Source of the DNA: an uncultured Clostridiaceae bacterium
GTDB taxonomy: Bacteria > Bacillota > Clostridia > Lachnospirales > Lachnospiraceae
DNA: 64,000 nucleotides
Assembly (NCBI GenBank): GCA_902477765.1
Contig: CABSIM010000003.1
Span: 38,667 to 102,666 of the forward strand
Direction of reading: 5' to 3'
Shown: in pieces, positions 29,267-38,434 of the stretch
How positions within the stretch are numbered: position 1 is the stretch's first letter
Layout: each line of letters opens with the position of its first letter
Program-made: the position numbers and the translations under genes
The notes under the pieces: generated by a model
What the model was told of the DNA's origin: nothing
The model's input: the letters and a program-made list of their open reading frames with translations, nothing else
Databases searched by the model: none

Positions 29267-30994
29267 ATGAAAAACCAATCTGTCCGTTCATTCCAGTGGA
29301 ACCTGAAACGGATGTTTCTGAGGTACGCGCTGAATCCGGTTCTGGAACTGATGCTGGTCGCCCTTATCATTGCCCTGGCTGCAGGGACGTCCTCAATCAT
29401 ACGGAAAAACCGGCAGACAAGCCGGGAAATTTCGGAAAGTCTCAGCCGGGCCTTTGAAAATTATGAAAACCTTCTTACAGAGCTTTCGGAATTTCCGGAA
29501 GTGGTGGACCCCATGACCTCTTCCACCAAACGTCAGAAAATAATCAGACTGCTCTATCAGTCATCGGTGGAAACCGGATATGAAGCGGACCTGTATATTC
29601 TGGATACGGATCTGAATGTCTGTGTCAGTACAGAGGAGGACGTGCAGGGAAATCTGAGAAGCGAAACCGGAAAAAAATGGCAGATTCTCAGCCGTCTGGA
29701 AAATGGAAACGGAGAAACGGAAGTGGTGGTCAATTCCATGGGAAGCGACCGCCGGATACATATGGGCCGGGCTGTCCGGGATTCCGGAGTACGGACGGGA
29801 TACCTGGTTCTTTCCTTTTCCAGCCGGGAATTTTCCCAGGTTCTTTCTTCACACATACAGAGAAATCTTCTGGCAGATCAGGACGGCTGGGTCTTTGAGT
29901 CAGACAGCTATACCTTTGTGGATGCGGTGGGCCGTCTGGACAAAAGGGCAGACGGCCCCGGCGGGTTCCGCTTCGGCAGTGAAGGATGCTACTATATGAC
30001 CAGAACACCGGTACTGGGCGATGCCCTGTCTGTCATCACCATCACCGATTTTACCGACGGGGCCGTTGTGCTGGCCACCGTGCTGGCCACCTGTTTTATC
30101 GTACTGCTGGTGGTCTTTTTTGTCACATGGAAATCGGCAGAGCGCATGGCTGAAAAGAGCACATCGGATATCAGGGATCTGAATGCCGCTCTCAAGCAGG
30201 TGATGGACGGAAATCTGGACGCACGCCTGGATCTGAAAAGCAGTACGGAATTTGAAAATATAGGAAGATGCTATAACGGGATGCTGGACAGCCTGAAACA
30301 TCAGATCGAAGCCAACCGGAAGCTTGCAGAGGCAGTGGCCTATTCCAGGGTAAAGAGGCTGGAATCCCAGTTCAACTCTCATTTCCTTTTCAATACGCTG
30401 GACAATATCCGGTACATGTGCAGACTGGATGCAGACCTGGCAGAGTTTATGACCGTGTCCCTGTCGGAGCTTCTGCGGTATAACACCAGCAACACCAGTG
30501 AAAAAGTCACAGTATCGGAAGATCTGGAACATATCCGGCTTTATCTGGAAATTGTCAAGGTGAGATTCCGGGAACGGTTTGATTACCGGATTGATCTGGA
30601 GCCGGGGGTGGAAAATCTGCTGATGCCGAAACTCCTTCTTCAGCCTCTTATAGAAAACTCCATCAAATATGGATTCGGAGACAGGGAGCATCTGGAGACA
30701 GTGCTGGAAGGCAGGCAGAAAGACGGAGTCCTCTGGTTCGTATGCCGGGATGACGGTGTGGGAATGGACGAGGAACTTCTGAAAAAAATCACGCTGAATC
30801 TGGAACAGAGTGAAAATCAGAGTGCCCATCTGGGGCTGTACAATGTCCACAGAAGGCTCAGGCTGATTTACGGAGGCCGATACGGGATCAGACTGGAAAA
30901 CAGAAACGGAGTCCGGGTGGAGGTGTGTCTTCCTGCGGAACCGTGGGAACAGCCGGAAAAAGAGTTTCAGGAGAACACAGATGGAAATACTTAA
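29267..30994 (+). CDS. YesM-type sensor histidine kinase (HisKA_3-like/His_kinase PF06580 type)
   Basis: Two TM segments, HAMP domain, LESQFNSHFLFNTL, LQPLIENSIKYG, DDGVG and HLGLYNV. Confidence 0.92.
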   Translation: MKNQSVRSFQWNLKRMFLRYALNPVLELMLVALIIALAAGTSSIIRKNRQTSREISESLSRAFENYENLLTELSEFPEVVDPMTSSTKRQKIIRLLYQSSVETGYEADLYILDTDLNVCVSTEEDVQGNLRSETGKKWQILSRLENGNGETEVVVNSMGSDRRIHMGRAVRDSGVRTGYLVLSFSSREFSQVLSSHIQRNLLADQDGWVFESDSYTFVDAVGRLDKRADGPGGFRFGSEGCYYMTRTPVLGDALSVITITDFTDGAVVLATVLATCFIVLLVVFFVTWKSAERMAEKSTSDIRDLNAALKQVMDGNLDARLDLKSSTEFENIGRCYNGMLDSLKHQIEANRKLAEAVAYSRVKRLESQFNSHFLFNTLDNIRYMCRLDADLAEFMTVSLSELLRYNTSNTSEKVTVSEDLEHIRLYLEIVKVRFRERFDYRIDLEPGVENLLMPKLLLQPLIENSIKYGFGDREHLETVLEGRQKDGVLWFVCRDDGVGMDEELLKKITLNLEQSENQSAHLGLYNVHRRLRLIYGGRYGIRLENRNGVRVEVCLPAEPWEQPEKEFQENTDGNT

Positions 30995-31742
30995 AGTGGT
31001 GATTGTGGAAGATGAATATTACGTAAGGAAAGGGATTATTCAGACCTTTGACTGGAAAGAACTTGGATGTGAGATCGTCGGAGAGGCATCCAACGGCCGC
31101 GAAGGCGTGGAGGTCATTGAGAGAACGCGGCCGGATCTGGTGATTGCGGACATCGAAATGCCGGTGACTGACGGGCTGGAAATGGTAAAGATCCTGAAAA
31201 GCAAGCAGTGCCGGGCGGAGTTTATTTTCCTGACGGCTCATCAGAAATTCACATACGTACACAGTGCACTGAAGCTGGAAGCCATGGATTATCTTCTGAA
31301 ACCGTTCCGTTATGAGGAACTGGAGGCGTGTATCAGAAAAGTAAGGATCAAACTGCGGAAAGTGGATGAAGAGACCGCAAAGACCATGCTTCTGACGGAG
31401 GAGGAACTTTCTGCCGGAAACATGTACATAAAAAAGGCCATATCCTATGTGAGGGAACATTATGCGGAGGAGATTCTGGTGAACGAGGTGGCAGAGGGAC
31501 TGAATCTCAGCGAAGCCTATTTCTGCAGGCTGTTCAAAAAGGAAACAGGATACACCTTTGGCCAGTATCTGACCAACTACAGGATTCATGTGGCCGCCGG
31601 ACTTCTGGCCAACTTTCCCATGAAGGTGTCAGAAGCGGCAGAGCAGGTGGGCTATTCCGACAGCAATTATTTTTCCATGACGTTCAAAAAAATCATGGAT
31701 ATGTCCCCCAGTGACTATCAGGAACTGAAAAAAACATATTAA
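30981..31742 (+). CDS. YesN-type response regulator (REC + AraC HTH)
   Basis: IVEDE, DIEMP..DGL and DYLLKP; C-terminal YFCRLFKKETG...VGYSDSNYFS. Confidence 0.92.
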   Translation: MEILKVVIVEDEYYVRKGIIQTFDWKELGCEIVGEASNGREGVEVIERTRPDLVIADIEMPVTDGLEMVKILKSKQCRAEFIFLTAHQKFTYVHSALKLEAMDYLLKPFRYEELEACIRKVRIKLRKVDEETAKTMLLTEEELSAGNMYIKKAISYVREHYAEEILVNEVAEGLNLSEAYFCRLFKKETGYTFGQYLTNYRIHVAAGLLANFPMKVSEAAEQVGYSDSNYFSMTFKKIMDMSPSDYQELKKTY

Positions 31743-31778
31743 TGTCAATTTTTTCAAGAGAAATGTCAAAATTGTCCA
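31741..31778 (+). promoter_or_regulatory. 21-bp-period direct repeat, probable response-regulator binding site
   Basis: AATGTCAATTTTTTCAA (31741) and AATGTCAAAATTGTCCA (31762), upstream of TAAAAT (31802-31807) and the SBP gene. Confidence 0.6.
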
Positions 31779-31836
31779 TTCGCAGCCGGAAAAAAGTTGA
31801 TTAAAATAAAAGTATCAATTTTTGAGGAGGGGTACT

Positions 31837-33075
31837 ATGAGAAGAAGAAGACGTGCATGGGCCTGTCTGACAGCTGCTGCAATGGTTTTGTCATTATGTG
31901 CATGCGGGTCCAAAGATACCGCAGAAACCACAGCGGCTGCAGCAGAGACCACGGCAGCCGGAACGGAAACTGAGACAGAAGCTGCCGCAGAGGCAGCAGA
32001 AGAGGACATGACTCTGGAGGAACTGGTAAAGGCTGCTCAGGATGAGGCAGCTGCAGAAGGTGCCGGAAGCTTCATGGTTTACGCGCCCACAAGCCGTATT
32101 GAGAAAGCGCTGGATGCCTTTAAAGAGACATATGGAATCGAAGGAGAGTACTACAATGAGAGCGGTCAGGACCTGTATACAAAACTGACCACGGAACTGG
32201 AAGCCGGATCCAAGGATACGGCCGATGTGGTTCTGATGCAGGATTCCTATCTGTTCCAGACACAGCTGGTAAACTATGACTATGTGACCAACTATGTGCC
32301 GCCGTATCTCCAGGAAGACATCATCGAAGAAGATCAGTCTCCGCTTGTATGCTACTATTACAACAAACTTTTCATCTATAACAATACAGACGGCGGAGAG
32401 GGCATCTCCAATGTCTGGGAACTGACAGAAGACGCTGCCAAGGGTAAGACCTTCATGAAGGACATCAGCAAGGAATCCGTCAATAAGAACTTCCTGGCCA
32501 TGCTTACCAATGAAGAGTGGTCCGGAAAACTGGCGGAAGCCTATAAGGATTATTATGGAAAAGACATCGAGCTGGATGAGGACTGCGAAAATGCTGGATA
32601 CCAGTTCATCAAGGATTTCCTGGCCAATGTGACATTCGGATCAGGAGACGGCGATATTGCCACAGAGCTTTCCAACGGCCTCGGAGGAAACATGGGACTG
32701 TTTGTATATTCCAAGCTCCGCGATGACAGCGTGGACCAGAGCAAACTTTCCGTGGCTGCCTACGACGATCCGCAGCCCGAAGGATTTTCAGGGTTCATGT
32801 ATCCCATGTATCTGCAGATGGTGACCAGTACGGATCGTCCGTACACGGCAAAACTGTTTATCTATTTCCTGATGACGGAAGACGGTTTCATGTCCGCATT
32901 CCAGACAAAGGCAGCAGATATCGGAACATATTCCACCAATATGACCATTGCCCCGCTGGAGGGAGACAGGGAACTTTCCTTCTGGAAAGACTGTCTGGTT
33001 GTGGAAGACCCGGAATATCTGCCGGAGGCATACGCAGGCGGTGTTCTGGATTTCATCACCTACTGTATCCAGTAG
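31837..33075 (+). CDS. ABC transporter substrate-binding lipoprotein (AfuA/FbpA-like)
   Basis: LCA-C lipobox, Ala/Glu/Thr linker, ADVVL and P..AKLFI.FLMTEDG; precedes an FbpB-type permease. Confidence 0.85.
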   Translation: MRRRRRAWACLTAAAMVLSLCACGSKDTAETTAAAAETTAAGTETETEAAAEAAEEDMTLEELVKAAQDEAAAEGAGSFMVYAPTSRIEKALDAFKETYGIEGEYYNESGQDLYTKLTTELEAGSKDTADVVLMQDSYLFQTQLVNYDYVTNYVPPYLQEDIIEEDQSPLVCYYYNKLFIYNNTDGGEGISNVWELTEDAAKGKTFMKDISKESVNKNFLAMLTNEEWSGKLAEAYKDYYGKDIELDEDCENAGYQFIKDFLANVTFGSGDGDIATELSNGLGGNMGLFVYSKLRDDSVDQSKLSVAAYDDPQPEGFSGFMYPMYLQMVTSTDRPYTAKLFIYFLMTEDGFMSAFQTKAADIGTYSTNMTIAPLEGDRELSFWKDCLVVEDPEYLPEAYAGGVLDFITYCIQ

Positions 33076-33091
33076 AAAAGACCATGATGTA

Positions 33092-33140
33092 AAAAGGGAG
33101 CCGCAGGATTCTGACCCGGAAGGGGCTGCGGCTCCCTTTT
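33092..33140 (+). terminator. Stem-loop between SBP and permease (attenuating or mRNA-stabilising)
   Basis: AAAAGGGAGCCGCAG...CTGCGGCTCCCTTTT, a perfect 15-bp stem. Confidence 0.65.
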
Positions 33141-33186
33141 CCTGCAGAACAATGAATCGCATATGATATGCGGACTGGAGTGAACC

Positions 33187-34983
33187 ATGAATAAAATCAG
33201 AAATCACGCAAAGGCTTTTTTTTCCAAGCCTGCCAATGTCATACTGGTCTTTTTTTCAGTCCTTCTGGTGCTTCTGACGCTGTATCCGCTCTGTGAGCTG
33301 GTCCATCATACCTTCATCGTACATGCCACAGATGCCACAGTGCTTCCGGGACTGAAAAAAGGCGACCTGACCCTGGGAAGCTGGAAAAAGCTTCTTTTTA
33401 CGGAGACCCATCAGTACAGCCAGATCAACTTTTTCCGGCCGATGCTGAATTCCGTCGTGCTGGCGACTCTTTCGGCATTGTTTGCGCTGGTCTTCGGCGG
33501 CACGGTTGCATGGCTGGTTACCAGATCAGACATGAAAGCCAAAAAATTCATCTCAACCGTATTCATTTTTCCCTATATCATGCCGTCCTGGACTCTGGCC
33601 CTGTTCTGGCTCAATATGTTTAAAAATCCCACGGTGGGAACCGGTTCGCCGGGATTTGTCTACTCCCTCACCGGATTCTGCGCTCCGGAGTGGTTTGTTT
33701 ACGGACTGCTTCCCATGGTCATCGTATCCGGACTTCACTATGCCCCGTTTGCCTATATCTTTATCGGAGGCATCCTGAGAAATATGGACGCCAACCTGGA
33801 AGAGGCAGCCACGATTCTGAAAACACCCAGGTGGAGAATTCTTGTGAAGATTACGCTTCCCATTGTGAAGCCAGCCATTCTTTCCACCTTCCTTCTGGCC
33901 TTTGCCAGTGTTATGGGGTCTTATGCGGTTCCCATTTATCTGGGATCGCCGGTGAACTTTTATGTACTGACGACCAAAATGAAAACCTTGCAGACAACGG
34001 CCATCGGCCAGGCTTATATCATTGCCCTGTTTATGGTGATTCTGGGAGCTTTCATCATGATGGCCAACAGCCTTCTGACCGGCTCCAGAAAATCCTATAC
34101 CACCATCACAGGAAAATCATCCCAGATTTCCCTGGTAAAACTTCATGCGGGACGGTACGTGGTATCAGGCATTCTCTGTGTCATTCTTCTGTTTGTCTGT
34201 ATCATGCCTCTGATTTCCTTTGCCCTTGAATCTGTGATCATCAAGGCAGGAGATTACAGCGCCGCCAATATGACGCTGAATTACTGGATCGGTGAATCCG
34301 GTTCCGTATCCACTACGGTGGGAGACTCAGGAATTCTCAAAGACCCGGCCATCTGGTCCGCGCTGACCAACTCCCTGAAACTTTCTGCCTGCTGTGCCCT
34401 GATTGCCGGTTCCTGCGGTGTCATCATCGGGTATGCGGTGGTAAGAAGAAGAGGTACCAGGCTGTCCAAATGGGTCAGCGGGCTGTCCTTCTTCCCGTAT
34501 CTGATTCCGGCCATGGCATTCGGCGCCATTTACCTGGCCATTGCCTCCAACTTTTCCTTCCTGGCCAATTCCTTCCTGGTACTGGTCCTGGTGGGATCTG
34601 TGAAATACCTGCCGTTTGCCACGAAATCAGGCACCAACGCCATGCTGCAGCTTTCTCCGGAGATAGAAGAAGCGGCAGCCATATTCGGAGTCTCCTGGTG
34701 GAAACGAATGACGAAAATCATCATTCCCATTCAGAAAGCCAGCATTATTTCCGGATTTCTGCTGCCGTTTGTGTCCTGTATGCGGGAACTGTCCCTGTTT
34801 GTCATGCTGGTGAGTTCCAAAACCCAGACTCTCACCACCATGCTGATGACATATAACGAAAAAGGTGCCAGTCAGTATGGAAATGCCATCAACCTGCTGA
34901 TCATCGTGCTGGTTCTGGCTATTAATTTTACCGTCAATAAACTGACCGGTGCATCCATTGATAAAGGTGTAGGAGGAAACTGA
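33187..34983 (+). CDS. ABC permease, fused double BPD_transp_1 (FbpB/AfuB type)
   Basis: Two EAA loops (LEEAATIL and IEEAAAIFG) and about 12 TM segments. Confidence 0.9.
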   Translation: MNKIRNHAKAFFSKPANVILVFFSVLLVLLTLYPLCELVHHTFIVHATDATVLPGLKKGDLTLGSWKKLLFTETHQYSQINFFRPMLNSVVLATLSALFALVFGGTVAWLVTRSDMKAKKFISTVFIFPYIMPSWTLALFWLNMFKNPTVGTGSPGFVYSLTGFCAPEWFVYGLLPMVIVSGLHYAPFAYIFIGGILRNMDANLEEAATILKTPRWRILVKITLPIVKPAILSTFLLAFASVMGSYAVPIYLGSPVNFYVLTTKMKTLQTTAIGQAYIIALFMVILGAFIMMANSLLTGSRKSYTTITGKSSQISLVKLHAGRYVVSGILCVILLFVCIMPLISFALESVIIKAGDYSAANMTLNYWIGESGSVSTTVGDSGILKDPAIWSALTNSLKLSACCALIAGSCGVIIGYAVVRRRGTRLSKWVSGLSFFPYLIPAMAFGAIYLAIASNFSFLANSFLVLVLVGSVKYLPFATKSGTNAMLQLSPEIEEAAAIFGVSWWKRMTKIIIPIQKASIISGFLLPFVSCMRELSLFVMLVSSKTQTLTTMLMTYNEKGASQYGNAINLLIIVLVLAINFTVNKLTGASIDKGVGGN

Positions 34984-34984
34984 T

Positions 34985-36100
34985 ATGCCGGAGATCGTAC
35001 TGAAAAATGTAAGAAAAGTATTCGGAAATAAATTTGTTGCCGTGGACTGTCTGAACATGGTCATTGAAGACCGGTCGTTCATCACTCTGCTGGGACCGTC
35101 AGGATGCGGGAAAACCACAACCCTGAGAATGATCGCCGGACTGGAAACCCCTACGGAAGGCCAGATTCTCATTGACGGTGTCACCGTCTTTGACGCGGAA
35201 AAAGGAATTAACCTTCCTCCGGACAAGCGGGATGTGGGCTTCCTGTTTCAGAACTATGCCTTATGGCCCCATATGACAGTGTATAAGAACATTGCCTTCG
35301 GTCTGGAGAACCTGAAATGGCCCAAGGCGAAAATTGAGGCAAGAGTCGGGGAACTTCTGGACATGCTGAAGATCCGCCAGTTTGCGGACCGGTACCCCAG
35401 CGAACTTTCCGGAGGACAGCAGCAGCGTGTGGCCATTGCCAGAACGCTGGCTCCGGAGCCGAAGGTTCTGTTTATGGATGAGCCGCTGTCCAACCTGGAT
35501 GCCAAGCTGAGAGGCGAGATGCGGACGGAACTGAAAAGACTTCATGTGGACACCAATTCCACGTTTATCTATGTGACCCATGATCAGCTGGAAGCCATGA
35601 CTTTGTCCACCAAGGTCTGCCTGATTGAAAGCGGCAAACTCCAGCAGTTTGCCCCGCCGCTGGAAATCTATCAGAAGCCGCAGAACCTGTTTGTGGCGGA
35701 CTTTATGGGAAATCCCACCATGAACTTCCTTCCTGCATCCGTTGCAGGAAGGGAAGGAAACAGCCTGATTCTCAATGTCGCCGGCACTTCCATGAGATTT
35801 GAAGCGGAAGAACCGCTGGGTCCCACAGGCGACAATGCGGTGGTGGGAATCCGTCCCGAGTATGTGGCCATCGGAAGAGAAGGAAAACTGGAGGCCACAG
35901 TATATGCCACCCTTCCCACAGGAATGGAAACCACGGTCCGGGTGAAGCTGGGAGAGGAACTTCTTTCGGCAGTGGAATTCGGCAGCGTGGATTATCCGGT
36001 TGACCAGAAAATCTGCCTGAATTTTTCAGGAAACAGAATCATTCTGTTTGACCGGGAAACGGGAGAACGCACCGGCATCGGAAGCCTGAGCGTCCTGTGA
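34985..36100 (+). CDS. ABC transporter ATP-binding protein
   Basis: GPSGCGKT, LSGGQQQR, MDEPLSNLD and VTHD; C-terminal TOBE-like region. Confidence 0.95.
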   Translation: MPEIVLKNVRKVFGNKFVAVDCLNMVIEDRSFITLLGPSGCGKTTTLRMIAGLETPTEGQILIDGVTVFDAEKGINLPPDKRDVGFLFQNYALWPHMTVYKNIAFGLENLKWPKAKIEARVGELLDMLKIRQFADRYPSELSGGQQQRVAIARTLAPEPKVLFMDEPLSNLDAKLRGEMRTELKRLHVDTNSTFIYVTHDQLEAMTLSTKVCLIESGKLQQFAPPLEIYQKPQNLFVADFMGNPTMNFLPASVAGREGNSLILNVAGTSMRFEAEEPLGPTGDNAVVGIRPEYVAIGREGKLEATVYATLPTGMETTVRVKLGEELLSAVEFGSVDYPVDQKICLNFSGNRIILFDRETGERTGIGSLSVL

Positions 36101-36149
36101 AAGACAAAAGGGCAGACAGTCTGCCGTGAATAAAATTCAACCGGATATA

Positions 36150-36197
36150 AAAAATCCCCCGGAGAGCGGCCTGAAAGGCAGCTTCCGGGGGATTTTT
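36150..36197. terminator. Bidirectional terminator
   Basis: AAAAATCCCCCGGA...TCCGGGGGATTTTT between convergent genes. Confidence 0.75.
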
Positions 36198-36204
36198 ACG
36201 GATT

Positions 36205-37605
36205 TTACAGAGTACTTTTGTCCGGGACGGCTGTTTCAGCCGCATGCCGGGCTTTTTCCATCAGGGGACAGATTTCCTTTTTGTATATGTAGCAGAGGAA
36301 CAGGGATGAAAAAGTCACGGAGCAGATTTCGGCCACGGGAAAGGCAAACCATACGGCTGAGAGCCCTCCGATCCGTGAAAGAAGGAATGCCGTCGGAAGC
36401 AGAACCACCAGCTGACGGAGCACCGAGATCCAGAGGCTCAGCATTCCGTGGGCCAGAGCCTGGAATACGGAAGAGCAGATCACGCAGTAGCCGGCAAACA
36501 GGAAGCTGAAACTGATGGTTCTCAGGGCAGGGATTCCGATGGACAGCATGTTTTCAGAGGCATTGAAAATCAGCAGGAGCCTGTCGGGAATCAGCTGGAA
36601 AACGGCAAAGCCCATCAGCATGATGCCCACTGCATAGCAGATACTGAGCTTTACGGTTTTTATAATGCGGTCAGGTTTCACGGCTCCGAAGTTATAGGCT
36701 ACAATGGGGACCATTCCGTTGTTGAGACCGAATACGGGCATGAACACAAAGCTCTGAAGCTTGAAATAGACGCCGAAGACGGCTGTGGCCGTGGAACTGA
36801 AGGTGATCAGCAGCTTGTTCATTCCGAAGGTCATGACGCTTCCGATGGAGGCCATGATGATGGAAGGAACGCCCACCGCGTAGATATTTCTGATGATAAA
36901 GCCGCTGGGACGAAATCCGCGAAAGGAGATGGTGATCTCTTTATTTCTGGTTCTGTTGAGAAAAATCGCCAGGAAAAATGCAGTGATCTGACCGAACACC
37001 GTGGCGGCGGCAGCTCCTGCCACGCCCATTTCGGGAAAGCCGAACAGTCCGAAAATCAGAATCGGATCGAAAATAATATTCAGGATGGCACCAAGTCCCT
37101 GGGTGATCATGGTATAAAATGTTTTTCCCGTGGACTGCAGCAGTTTTTCACATGTCACCTGGCCGAACAGGCCGAAAGAAAAGACTGTACAGATGGTCAG
37201 GTAAGAAGTGCCGTATTCCACAATGTCGGGGATGTCTGTCTGGAGAAGAAAGAAGGTCCGTGAAAACAGGATTCCCAGCAGGGCAAACACGGCGAAACTG
37301 CAGAGGGAGAGAAAAATGGCATTGTCAGCGGTTTTGTTGACATGGTCGAAATTTTTTTCTCCCAGACTCCGGGAAAGCAGGGCATTGATTCCCACACCGG
37401 TTCCGGTGGCCACGGCAATCATCAGATTCTGTGCGGGGAATGCCAGAGAGACGGCAGTCAGCGCATTTTCACTGATACGTGCAACGAACATGCTGTCCAC
37501 CACATTATAAAGGGCCTGGACCAGCATGGAGAGCATCATGGGCACCGACATACTGACCAGGAGTCTGTTGACGGGCATGACGCCCATTTTGTTTTCTGTT
37601 GTCAT
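36205..37605 (-). CDS. MATE family efflux transporter
   Basis: P..LSMLVQALYNVVDSMFV, LNIIFDPILIFG, MGVAGAAAAT and VAYNFGA. Confidence 0.93.
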   Translation of the reverse strand: MTTENKMGVMPVNRLLVSMSVPMMLSMLVQALYNVVDSMFVARISENALTAVSLAFPAQNLMIAVATGTGVGINALLSRSLGEKNFDHVNKTADNAIFLSLCSFAVFALLGILFSRTFFLLQTDIPDIVEYGTSYLTICTVFSFGLFGQVTCEKLLQSTGKTFYTMITQGLGAILNIIFDPILIFGLFGFPEMGVAGAAAATVFGQITAFFLAIFLNRTRNKEITISFRGFRPSGFIIRNIYAVGVPSIIMASIGSVMTFGMNKLLITFSSTATAVFGVYFKLQSFVFMPVFGLNNGMVPIVAYNFGAVKPDRIIKTVKLSICYAVGIMLMGFAVFQLIPDRLLLIFNASENMLSIGIPALRTISFSFLFAGYCVICSSVFQALAHGMLSLWISVLRQLVVLLPTAFLLSRIGGLSAVWFAFPVAEICSVTFSSLFLCYIYKKEICPLMEKARHAAETAVPDKSTL

Positions 37606-37744
37606 CAGAAAAAGCTCCTTTCATATTGGGTTGAAATGATCCGGAAAACAGACCGGTGTGCAGGCCGCCTTTCCTGCTGAAAATGAAAAAGAGTGCGCCG
37701 AAGCGCACAATTTTCATAAAACATATATGCCAAAAAGTGGTTTT

Positions 37745-38419
37745 TTAGCGGAAAAAAACAGACCGGAAAATGGCTGCCAGAGCGATTATAATGGAAAATG
37801 TGCTGTCCGTCAATGGGTTGGTGACAGGTTTTGTGTCAAAAACATACCGCTCATAGGCATTGATTACGGTGGTATTTTTATATTGCCGTACACGTTCCGA
37901 ATGACCGCCATAGTTGAGATGAATATGTCCGTGGACAAAAAAACGCGGAGAATACCGGTCCAGAAGCCGGATGAACCCGTTGAATCCTGTATGAGTCAGG
38001 CTGGAACCGTCTCCCAGTCCCCGCGCAGGTGCATGAGTCACCAGAACATCGAAGCCGCCGTGGCGCATCAGAGGAAACCAGAGTTTCCGGATGCGCCGGT
38101 CCATTTCCTGCTGGGTATACTGATGGGGGCCCGGCTTATAGCGCATGGATCCGCCCAGGCCCAGAAAACGGACCCCTTTGTATTCGTAGATCCGGTCCTC
38201 AATGCAGATGCAGCCTTCCGGAGGACAGGTGTCATAGCCTTCGTCATGATTTCCGTGGACGTAGAGCACCGGACCGGAGAAAAACGTGGTAAGGAAAGAC
38301 AGGTATCTGGGATCCAGGTCTCCGCAGGAAAGAATCACATCAATGTCTTCCAGCCGGCCTGCATCGAAATAATCCCAGAGTGCCGGAGATTCCTTGTCTG
38401 AAATTGCAAGTATTTTCAT
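37745..38419 (-). CDS. Calcineurin-like metallophosphoesterase
   Basis: ILAISD, SCGDL, HGNHD, VTHAP and HGHIH motifs. Confidence 0.9.
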   Translation of the reverse strand: MKILAISDKESPALWDYFDAGRLEDIDVILSCGDLDPRYLSFLTTFFSGPVLYVHGNHDEGYDTCPPEGCICIEDRIYEYKGVRFLGLGGSMRYKPGPHQYTQQEMDRRIRKLWFPLMRHGGFDVLVTHAPARGLGDGSSLTHTGFNGFIRLLDRYSPRFFVHGHIHLNYGGHSERVRQYKNTTVINAYERYVFDTKPVTNPLTDSTFSIIIALAAIFRSVFFR

Positions 38420-38434
38420 GCTGTGCCTCTTTTA

